64,000 nt of DNA. Origin: an uncultured Clostridia bacterium (GTDB taxonomy: Bacteria > Acidobacteriota > Aminicenantia > UBA2199). The DNA is taken from NCBI GenBank assembly GCA_964465065.1, contig CAYXHZ010000006.1:1185-65184 (forward strand). Reading direction: 5' to 3'. The notes beneath the pieces were generated by a model that worked only from the letters and a program-made list of their open reading frames with translations, was not told the DNA's origin and searched no databases. Position 1 is the stretch's first letter. Every line of letters begins with the position of its first letter. A program made the translations under genes and the position numbers. Positions 9,356 through 17,243 of the stretch are shown here, one piece after another.

Positions 9356-10251
9356 TGGACGGTCTGCTCATCGTCGACAAGCCGCCGGGCATGACCTCGC
9401 ACGACGTGGTCAACCGCATCCGCAGGCTCCTGGGCATCAAACGGGTCGGCCATTTCGGCACCCTGGACCCCATGGCCACCGGCGTACTGCTGCTGGCGGT
9501 CGGCAAGGCCACGCGCCTGTTCGATTACTACCGGGACCGCGTCAAGATCTACGAGGGCATGGCCCAATTGGGCTGGAGCACCGACAGCTACGACGCCACC
9601 GGGAAAATGGTCGGAGAAAAAACTCCGGTCGATCTGAAAAAAATGAAACTCCAGGAGGTGATCGCTCGCTTTCTGGGACAATTTTCCCAGACCCCGCCCG
9701 TCTTTTCCGCCAAAAAGAAAGACGGCAAGCCTCTCTACCACTACGCACGCCAGAACATCCCGGTCGAATTGAAAAGCGCCGAGGTGACCATATACGAACT
9801 GAACTGGCGAATCGAGGGTCCGGACCGCTTCTGGTTCTCGGCCAGCACCTCTTCGGGCACCTACATCCGCTCCCTGATTCACGACATCGGCCAGGCGCTC
9901 GGTTGCGGCGGACATCTGGCCGAGCTGCGGCGAACAGCCATCGGCGAGTTCACCCTGCAGCGAGCCCTGCCCCTGGACCAGCTGACGGGACCCGCCGAAG
10001 CGGGGCAGCTTTCGCAGGCCTGGGAACCGATCGAGAGCCTGCTGCCGGAATGGTCCAAGCTGATCCTGTCCGAAACGGGGGCCAAATTGGCCCGCAACGG
10101 CAATTCCATCCCCCTGTCGGCTGTCGAGCTGCTGACTCCCGGTACCCAGAGCGACCGCTTCCGCATCTTCGACCAGTACGGAACCCTGATCGGCCTGGGC
10201 GCCAAGGAATTCGAGACCAAGAGCATCAAACCCTTCCTGGTTCTGGCCTGA
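9352..10251 (+). CDS. truB: tRNA pseudouridine(55) synthase TruB
   Basis: Starts [51 protein letters not shown], with the catalytic Asp in GTLDP. A C-terminal PUA-like region follows. ATGA overlap with the nrnA stop. Confidence 0.9.
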   Translation: [299 protein letters not shown]

Positions 10252-10300
10252 AGCGTGCGCCGTTCCTCTATCCCAAGTCTGTCGGGAACACGGTCGGGTT

Positions 10301-11128
10301 TTATCGTTTGGCGCTCCGACTTGCCAACAAAATGAACGCCGGCGTCAATCCCAGAACGGCGGTGAAGATCCACAGAGGCAGCATGGTCCAGGCATCGGCC
10401 AGTCGGGCTTTCAGGGCAAACGGCGTGTATGCGATCAAGATGAAGCTGTAAAACCCGCACACCAGACCCATCACGACTCCCAGGACATAGCCCCGCCCCT
10501 CCCCTTTCAAAAGCCAGACTGCCGCCAGGACCTGAGGAACCGCCAGCACCAGCAGATCGAAGGTGGATATCACCGCCACCCCCTCCATATCCAGGGTTCC
10601 GGTCATGAGAAACTGTACCCAGCGCCCGCCCCACAGAAACACGAAGACCAGCGCGAAGGCCAGCAGCATGGCGGCCACCGTGATCGCGCTGCGTTTTCCG
10701 GGGATGTGTTTCCGGTACTTTTTGAGATTCATGCCCAGCATTGCGAATATGAAAGAATACATGGAGACGCCCAGAATCAGGACGTACAGGAGAAAGTAGT
10801 CGTTGTACGCCACGCCCAGCGGGTAATAAATATAATCATAGGTGATCAGCGCCTGAACGCCCAGCCAGAAAACCTGGCCCTTATCCGTACCGCGCCGCAG
10901 CATAACGAGCGCGACGATCAGCAGCGGAACGAAAAGGAACAGGTTTACCAGGTCGTTGCCCCGGAAAACCGCTCGGCCCCAGGTGTTGTCACGGGCGTAG
11001 GTACCGGGCACAAACATTCCGACCGCCGCCTGCACGGTCATCGCCAGCAGGCTGATCTGTGAAAGAATCATCGGCGTCCGCAGCGACTTTTCCGGAGTTT
11101 TTTCGTCGATAAAATCTCGTTTTGTCAT
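10301..11128 (-). CDS. Polytopic inner-membrane protein, function unknown
   Basis: Start chosen at MTKRDFIDEK... (ATG at 11128) with a GGAGG-like SD. About 7 predicted TM helices and no recognisable catalytic motif. Confidence 0.5.
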   Translation of the reverse strand: MTKRDFIDEKTPEKSLRTPMILSQISLLAMTVQAAVGMFVPGTYARDNTWGRAVFRGNDLVNLFLFVPLLIVALVMLRRGTDKGQVFWLGVQALITYDYIYYPLGVAYNDYFLLYVLILGVSMYSFIFAMLGMNLKKYRKHIPGKRSAITVAAMLLAFALVFVFLWGGRWVQFLMTGTLDMEGVAVISTFDLLVLAVPQVLAAVWLLKGEGRGYVLGVVMGLVCGFYSFILIAYTPFALKARLADAWTMLPLWIFTAVLGLTPAFILLASRSAKR

Positions 11129-11284
11129 CCTGGCACCTCCCTTCTCGGACGATCTGTCACTGTTTATAGGACGATGGACAATAATATGCAAGAGGCAGTC
11201 CCGGTTTTTGGGAATGGTGATGGTTATCATGTGTACAGGCGCAGGCAGGCGTCCCCTATGCACCCTGGATCATGGAGATAATCA

Positions 11285-11427
11285 ATGAAAACAATCCGTA
11301 TGCGTTTCCTTTTTCTGACGATGGCGGTTTGGATCCTTCCTGTTCTTGCCGACGAGTTCCGCTACGTCATCAACACCCGCGACCACGGGGATCACATGGC
11401 CGGCAACGAGCTGGCGCCGAGCAGGTG
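11285..11427 (+). pseudogene. Short ORF resembling a degenerate MBL-fold (glyoxalase-II-like THHHxDHxGGN) hydrolase fragment
   Basis: Translation: MKTIRMRFLFLTMAVWILPVLADEFRYVINTRDHGDHMAGNELAPSR*. The VINT-RDHGDH-MAGNEL segment resembles the LLNTHHHADHTGGNLEL Zn-binding block with His->Arg/Asp substitutions. It lies in an AT-rich intergenic stretch. Confidence 0.25.
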
Positions 11428-11626
11428 ATTGCCGCCGATCTGCGAACAGGGTCGTGATGGTGGCAAAGACCGCGGGTGGTGAAATCCCGTCTGAATGAAC
11501 CGGCAAAGAATGAGTAAAAGTACTCAAAGAGGCGTTCGTTTTCTTTGAATCCGCATGGGTATAACCACAAGGCAATAATTCAAAAAACACCGATAATAAA
11601 AGATATACAGTCTCTTCATGTTTGAA

Positions 11627-11666
11627 ATTACAATGTAAAACCCGTGACACTGTTCTGTATTGCAAT
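11627..11666. repeat. Imperfect inverted repeat (ATTaCAATgtAaAACC-N8-tGTTCTGTATTGCAAT), a degenerate copy of the perfect palindrome at 35461..35500
   Basis: The right arm tgttctgtattgcaat shares a 15-mer with the 35.48 kb element; the left arm matches its reverse complement at about 11 of 16 positions. It lies roughly 75 bp upstream of the 11744 start codon. Confidence 0.4.
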
Positions 11667-11743
11667 ATGACGCCGAAAAAAAAGGAGATTTGTTCTAGGC
11701 TGTGAAGGCGAGGGCGGATCAAAGCCTCAAACAGGAGAACAAA

Positions 11744-14371
11744 ATGAGTAAAAGAAATAGGATTGTCGGGATGCTGATTCTGATGCTCGGGCTGACAGGA
11801 ACCGTCCGGGCTGTTGAAAAAGCCCCAATCCGGGCCGAACGGCTCCAGGATCCAGTAACCGTCGATGGACGGCTCGAGGAGTCGTCCTGGCAGCGACAGG
11901 GTTACTGCGAGTTCTGGCAGCGGGAGCCGGACGAAGGCAAACCGGCCAGCGAAAGGAGCGAGGTGTGGCTGGCCTACGATGATGATGCCCTCTATGTGGC
12001 CGCCCGCTTGAGCGATTCTCAGCCCGAACTCGTGTCCGGGCTGCTGGGGCGGCGAGATACGGAATTAGACTGCGACTGGTTCACCGTCTATCTCGATCCC
12101 TATCTGGACAAACTCAGCGGCTTTGCCTTCGGCATCACTCCGGCGGGATCGGTCAGCGATCGCGCCTTGTATAACGATGTCGGATGGAACAGTCTATGGG
12201 ATGGCATCTGGAACGGCAAGGCCCAGCGGGACCGCCAGGGCTGGACGGTGGAGATGCGCATTCCCTTCAACCAGCTCCGCTTTTCCAAAAAGGATGGGGA
12301 ATATCGCTGGGGAGTTCATTTCCGGCGCATCGTCATGCGCAAGAATGAAGTGTCCGATTCGGCGCCCATACCCCGGACCGGCAATAACATGGTATCCCTG
12401 TTCAAGGAAATGGTGGGCATCGAAGGCATCGCCCCGCGACCGTTGATCATGGTCAGTCCCTACCTGGTGGGAAAAGGGGAATTCCTCGCCGGAGAGGTGG
12501 ATCAGGCGACGGGGAATCTGGGGCTGGACGCCAAGATCGGCCTTCGGAGCAACCTGACTCTCGACCTGTGTGTCAACCCCGATTTCGGCCAGGTGGAGGT
12601 GGATCCGGCCAGCATCAACCTCAGCGCCGCCGAGACCTACTATCAGGAAAGACGTCCCTTCTTCATAGAGGGTGCGGATCTGTTTACCAATTTCAGCTTC
12701 TGTGGTGGGAATCACCCCAGTGCTGGCTGGAACAACCCCCGATTCTTCTACAGCCGTCGCATCGGCCGACCACCGCAGGGTTCCGTTTCTCAGTCCGGTC
12801 AGATCGATATGCCGGAATGGGCGACGATTCTGAGCGCGGCCAAACTGACCGGCACCCTGGGGAACGGATGGAAGATCGGGGCCATCTACGGACTGACCGA
12901 GCGGGAGTTCGCCGCAGTCGATGATCTGGGCCAGGAGTTCGAGGTGGAGGTCGAGCCGCTGACCCATTACGCCGTACTGCGCACCCAGAAGGAATTCAAC
13001 CAGGGGCGGCAGGGTCTGGGCTTCCTGGGCACCCTGGTGGCCCGGGATTTTGCGGATGATTCCCTGCGAGGGGCTCTCAATTCCGATTCCTGGATGGTGG
13101 GGTTCGATGGCTGGGCGTTCTTCGGTCCGCAGAAGAATTGGGTTTTGAGTGGATGGTTCAGTTCCAGCCGGGTCAACGGTTCGGCCCAGCGCATCACCTC
13201 CTTGCAGCAAGAATTCCCCCATTACTACCAACGTCCCGACATGAGTCATGTGAACCTGGATACTGGTTTGACCCATTTGGATGGCTGGGTCGGCAGAATT
13301 GAAGTCAACAAGGAAAAAGGGAATTTAAGATTCAATGCGGGACTGGGTGCCGTGTCTCCGGGTTACGATATCCGGGACGGCGGGTATCATACGAGCGCGG
13401 ATGTCATCAACGGGCATGTGCTGGTCGGGTGGCAGGATTTTACTGTGGGGAAGGTGATACGCAAATGGAACATCGATCTGTGGCATCAGCGCAACTACAA
13501 TTTCGCCGGGGACAAGATCGGCGAACAGCGTGTCATTGTCGCGGCCAATGCCCAATTCCTGAACTACTGGTCCTGCAATTTTATGACCAGTTACAATCCC
13601 GGTCATTTTTCCCAGACCGCGACCCGAGGCGGACCGTTGATGAAGATACCATCCTATCAATGGTATAATTTTACCATCAGCAGCGACAGCCGCAAACGGC
13701 TGGTCGGCTCCCTGTCCGGTTATGTGAACCAGAGCAGCAACGGGTCATCGGAAAACACTTTCTCCCTGTCTCTCAGTCTGAAACCCAGCAGCCGGTTCAG
13801 TCTGTCCATCAGCCCGGCTTACAGCTCTATCAATGAACGGGCCCAATACGTGACCCAGGTCAATGATCCGACGATGACGGCCACCTACGGCAAGCGGTAC
13901 GTTTTCTCTGCTTTGGATTTGAAGGAACTCTCCTGTTCCATGCGCATCAACTGGATCTTCACGCCCCAGCTCAGTCTGCAGGGATATATCCAGCCTTTTC
14001 TTTCGGTGGGTCATTACCGGGATTTCGCCGAACTGGCTGAGCCGTCGAGCGATCGATTCAGGCCATTCGGACACGATGGCTCCACCATCGAAGCGGAAAA
14101 CGGGTCGTTTGGGGTCGATCCCGACGGCAGCGGGCCGGCCGCTCCTTTCCGGTTCAACAATCCCGATTTCAACCTCAAATCGCTGCGAGGCACTCTGGTC
14201 CTGCGCTGGGAGTACCTTCCGGGATCGAGCCTGTATTTCGTCTGGACGCAGAATCGGGCCGACTATGCCAACCCCGGCGATTTCCGTTTCGGCCGTGACC
14301 TGGGCGATCTGTTCTCCGCCCGGGGAGACAATGTCTTCATGGTAAAACTGACCCACGGTTTCAATCTGTAG
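11744..14371 (+). CDS. Large exported DUF5916 / CBM9-like (family-9 carbohydrate-binding-like) domain protein
   Basis: ATG at 11744 with an AGGAG SD 7 nt upstream. Signal peptide MSKRNRIVGMLILMLGLTGTVRA. The N-terminal region (..WLAYDDDALYVAARL..DWFTVYLDPY..) is typical of DUF5916/CBM9-like proteins, and the C-terminal 600 aa is beta-rich. Confidence 0.6.
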   Translation: MSKRNRIVGMLILMLGLTGTVRAVEKAPIRAERLQDPVTVDGRLEESSWQRQGYCEFWQREPDEGKPASERSEVWLAYDDDALYVAARLSDSQPELVSGLLGRRDTELDCDWFTVYLDPYLDKLSGFAFGITPAGSVSDRALYNDVGWNSLWDGIWNGKAQRDRQGWTVEMRIPFNQLRFSKKDGEYRWGVHFRRIVMRKNEVSDSAPIPRTGNNMVSLFKEMVGIEGIAPRPLIMVSPYLVGKGEFLAGEVDQATGNLGLDAKIGLRSNLTLDLCVNPDFGQVEVDPASINLSAAETYYQERRPFFIEGADLFTNFSFCGGNHPSAGWNNPRFFYSRRIGRPPQGSVSQSGQIDMPEWATILSAAKLTGTLGNGWKIGAIYGLTEREFAAVDDLGQEFEVEVEPLTHYAVLRTQKEFNQGRQGLGFLGTLVARDFADDSLRGALNSDSWMVGFDGWAFFGPQKNWVLSGWFSSSRVNGSAQRITSLQQEFPHYYQRPDMSHVNLDTGLTHLDGWVGRIEVNKEKGNLRFNAGLGAVSPGYDIRDGGYHTSADVINGHVLVGWQDFTVGKVIRKWNIDLWHQRNYNFAGDKIGEQRVIVAANAQFLNYWSCNFMTSYNPGHFSQTATRGGPLMKIPSYQWYNFTISSDSRKRLVGSLSGYVNQSSNGSSENTFSLSLSLKPSSRFSLSISPAYSSINERAQYVTQVNDPTMTATYGKRYVFSALDLKELSCSMRINWIFTPQLSLQGYIQPFLSVGHYRDFAELAEPSSDRFRPFGHDGSTIEAENGSFGVDPDGSGPAAPFRFNNPDFNLKSLRGTLVLRWEYLPGSSLYFVWTQNRADYANPGDFRFGRDLGDLFSARGDNVFMVKLTHGFNL

Positions 14372-14400
14372 GGGACGAAAACCTTGACGGCAGCGGACAC

Positions 14401-14790
14401 ATGGCCGATTTCTTCAAACAGCTCAACGGTCAGGACGGGAGTTATTAGCGTCAGAGCCATGGCGGACGGGGCTATGTCTTTCAGGATCGCTACAAATCAT
14501 ACCTGATCCAGGATGAGGCCTACCTGATGCTCTGCCTGGCCTATGTGCTCAACAACCCGGTCAAGGCCGGAATATGCAAGGGATTCGAGAACTATCGCTG
14601 GTCCAGTGCCCAGTCCTACTTTTCAGATGAACCCCCAGAATGGCTGGACACGACGTTTATCGAAGAACTCTTCGGAGATGCCGATGCTTTGATGCGCTTC
14701 GTGGATGCGCAGGCCGAACTGGATCCGTTCGCCGATCTCAGCGTCAACAGCCTGGGGGTCATGTACCATCGGGCCCGCCGGAAAGGGTAA
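14401..14790 (+). pseudogene. 3' remnant of an IS200/IS605-family HUH (RayT / REP-associated tyrosine transposase-like) transposase, with an in-frame TAG
   Basis: Frame-1 translation: MADFFKQLNGQDGSY*RQSHGGRGYVFQDRYKSYLIQDEAYLMLCLAYVLNNPVKAGICKGFENYRWSS.... This matches the C-terminal third of Y1/RayT transposases (..WQ.RY....I.......YI..NPV.AGLV....YPWSS). The HUH-containing N-terminal half is absent because the DUF5916 stop abuts it at 14371. Confidence 0.65.
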
Positions 14791-14823
14791 CGGTGGGCGA
14801 CAATGTAAAGAAGTACAGCACTG

Positions 14824-15468
14824 TCACCCCCGCCTCCGTGTTCGCCACATGTAGACAGACACCAGAATGCCGATTACGGGGTAGGTAATACCAACCGTTG
14901 AACTGATCAAGAAGAGAGGCTGAATAATCAGGGCGGCAAACACAAAAGGCGCCGCGCAACCATGGATCAGCATCATGATTCTGATCGTTTTTATAATCCC
15001 GCGGCCTTTGATGGCCAAGGCCATGAACAATGTCGAAAGGCCCATCAAGGTATACGCCAGGCCATTGACAGCATAAAAAGGTTTACCTGCCGCCATTTCA
15101 AAGATCGAAACGCTTTGAAAGGTATTGTTTAAAAAAGAGGGGGCAATTATCATCACCTGTACAACATACACGACTGAATTCAAGGTGGCGTAAATGACGG
15201 CCAACGCCACTGCGAACGAGAACAATATTTTCACTTTGTTTATTTCATCGCGATAGAGAGACAAGGTCATTCCCAGGAATGAATAGGCCAACAGCAGCGA
15301 TGGTCCGTACCATGAAAGCGAAATCCAGAACTGCGATTCCATGACTCCTGTCAATCCCAAAACCGCTGCGACATCAAACATGATGTAAAAAAGAGATGAT
15401 AAAATCGCCGTGATAAAGCCGAACATTTTTGCAGTGCGGAATTCCTGATCTGAAAACATGTCACTCAT
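14824..15468 (-). CDS. Polytopic membrane protein encoded in a low-GC islet, function unknown
   Basis: 214 aa with about 6 TM helices. The local GC is clearly lower than the flanks (AT-rich codons, many Ile/Phe/Lys/Asn). Confidence 0.55.
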   Translation of the reverse strand: MSDMFSDQEFRTAKMFGFITAILSSLFYIMFDVAAVLGLTGVMESQFWISLSWYGPSLLLAYSFLGMTLSLYRDEINKVKILFSFAVALAVIYATLNSVVYVVQVMIIAPSFLNNTFQSVSIFEMAAGKPFYAVNGLAYTLMGLSTLFMALAIKGRGIIKTIRIMMLIHGCAAPFVFAALIIQPLFLISSTVGITYPVIGILVSVYMWRTRRRG

Positions 15469-15760
15469 TCGCTCCTCCTTTTGAGTGTTCCAAATGTCTT
15501 CAATGCGCTGTTAGGCCAGAAATGTTTCATTTTATACGGTCTGATCGAAAAAAGTTTGTTTTAATTCCCAATATAGCCATGATGATAAAGAAAGACACCG
15601 TGATTAAACCACAGATCATACATATCACGCCATCGGAACATATACGGAGACGAGCGTTCAATGTTCCAGACAGGTAATCCGATACGCTGATTGTTATAGG
15701 ACAGTGAAAACAATAAAGCAAGAAGATGACTCGGCAATTCGTCCGGTCGCGGCAGAAATT

Positions 15761-16414
15761 TCAGTAGTAGATCGTCACCCGGAAGGAACCGGAATTGTCG
15801 CCGAAGTCGAAATCGTTGATGCCGATGAACAGGCGCCCGGCACGGCTCATGCGGATCGGCGCCCGGTTGTTGCCCACGTAGAACGGCGGACCATCCTCGG
15901 CCACCCGGGCGATGACGGCCCCGGTCGGCTGTGTCGGCATGGTCTTGTCCTTGTGCCAGTTGAGATTGAGCTCACCGTCCTGGAAAACCGAATTCTTGTC
16001 GTCGATGAAGATCGATCCGCTGCAGGAGAACATGATCTCCTGGCCGGTCTGCACCGTCAGACCGGTGTCGATCCATTGTTGACCGGCCTGGAGATCGACG
16101 CTGAGCGACCGTTTTTTTCGGCGCAGTTTCTGATACTTCTGCTCCACATCGTAGGCGGATTGAATGATTTGCGGGGCTGCCGAGGTGAACTCGATCTTCC
16201 ATACCTTGCCGATCGGTATCCTCAATGTATGACTTTCCGCCTGCCCCTGTTTGAAGACATTGAAAAAAATCGTCTCGTAGCGCAGATCGACCATCTTGCC
16301 GATATACTGAGTGCCATCGGTCGTATACAGGACATGATGCTCGGCAACCAGCGCCCGGGGCCAAGCCCAGATCAAGCCCAAAAACAAACCCAGCCAAGCC
16401 AGCCGTTTACTCAT
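15761..16414 (-). CDS. Secreted protein with a C-terminal PA-IL (LecA)-like lectin domain
   Basis: Start at MSKRLAWLGLFLGLIWAWPRALVA (signal peptide). The C-terminus ..GAVIARVAEDGPPFYVGNN..RLFIGINDFDFGDNSGSFRVTIYY resembles P. aeruginosa LecA (..[38 protein letters not shown]). Start overlaps the stop of the DapF-like gene by 8 nt. Confidence 0.5.
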   Translation of the reverse strand: MSKRLAWLGLFLGLIWAWPRALVAEHHVLYTTDGTQYIGKMVDLRYETIFFNVFKQGQAESHTLRIPIGKVWKIEFTSAAPQIIQSAYDVEQKYQKLRRKKRSLSVDLQAGQQWIDTGLTVQTGQEIMFSCSGSIFIDDKNSVFQDGELNLNWHKDKTMPTQPTGAVIARVAEDGPPFYVGNNRAPIRMSRAGRLFIGINDFDFGDNSGSFRVTIYY

Positions 16415-17243
16415 CGCCAGACTCCAGATATTCTCCCTTATAAACGATCCGGGTACGGTTTTCAATAAAGATGCGGTCGCAACCGGATATTTTTATTTTT
16501 TCCCCGCTCGGCGGCAAGAAAACCAGCTCGCTCAAACCTGGTTCGAGAGCCCGGAGCACCGCGTAGGCGCCGGCCGTTCCGGTGGACGAGGACAGGGTCG
16601 CTCCGACGCCGCGCTCGTAAAAGCGGATGCCGACCCCGTCGTCGCCCCGGTCGGTGATGATCGACACGTTGGTGCGCTGCGGAAAGATCGGTTGGCGGTG
16701 CAGTTCTTCGGCCAAGGCCAGCGCCTCGGCCGTCGATTGTCCGGCTGCCTGAAAGAAAACGACCTGCGGGTTGCCGACGGCGACCGGGTAGAAACGGAGG
16801 GAACGGTGATAAAACCCGTCACGCCAGCGCCGCTGCGGGTCGGCATTGAGAAAAGGGAAAAATCGGCTGTCGGCGAAATCCGGAAGCCCCAGATCGATCC
16901 GCAGACGGTAGCCGTTGTCCCGGCTGTCCAGCAGGCGGTGGCGATAGAGGTCGCGAATCCCGGCCAGCTCGATGGTATCGCCGTTCGCACCCAGATGGCA
17001 CAAGAGCGCGCTCAGACCGGCCATACCGTTGCCGGACAGTTCGGCCTCCAGGCCATCCTGGTTGAAAATGCGGAAAGAAACCGGCCGAACGGACCGGTCG
17101 TAAACGACCAGCCCGTCCGCGCCCGCACCGTAGTGACGGTCGCACCAGCGCCGCACCTGCGTCGGCGAAGGTGGCCCGCTCAGCTCGGCGGCATCGACCT
17201 GTAAAAAGTCGTTACCGCCGCTGCAGCTCTTGTAAAAAACCAT
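16407..17243 (-). CDS. Diaminopimelate-epimerase (DapF) family protein with both catalytic cysteines replaced (Cys73->Ser, second Cys absent)
   Basis: MVFYKSCSGGNDFLQVD (GNDF motif). FRIFNQDGLEAELSGNGMAG aligns to E. coli YRIFNADGSEVAQC73GNGARC. FYERGVGATLSSSTGTAGAYAV aligns to [21 protein letters not shown] with no Cys at all. ATG at 17243 overlaps the degP TGA (TGATG). Confidence 0.7.
   Translation of the reverse strand: MVFYKSCSGGNDFLQVDAAELSGPPSPTQVRRWCDRHYGAGADGLVVYDRSVRPVSFRIFNQDGLEAELSGNGMAGLSALLCHLGANGDTIELAGIRDLYRHRLLDSRDNGYRLRIDLGLPDFADSRFFPFLNADPQRRWRDGFYHRSLRFYPVAVGNPQVVFFQAAGQSTAEALALAEELHRQPIFPQRTNVSIITDRGDDGVGIRFYERGVGATLSSSTGTAGAYAVLRALEPGLSELVFLPPSGEKIKISGCDRIFIENRTRIVYKGEYLESGDE

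Noticed and set aside
11640-11675. Sigma54 (-24/-12, TGGCAC-N5-TTGCA) promoter reading of ...gtgacactgttctgtattgcaat
   Set aside because: The GG-to-GC spacing is 14 rather than 10, and the -24 element is TGACAC rather than TGGCAC; a poor fit.
15527-15721. 64-aa hydrophobic minus-strand ORF (MLYCFHCPITISVSDYLSG...) in the low-GC islet
   Set aside because: It could be a small membrane protein, but there is no RBS, no conservation evidence, and it lies in AT-rich DNA where random ORFs are common. Left uncalled.
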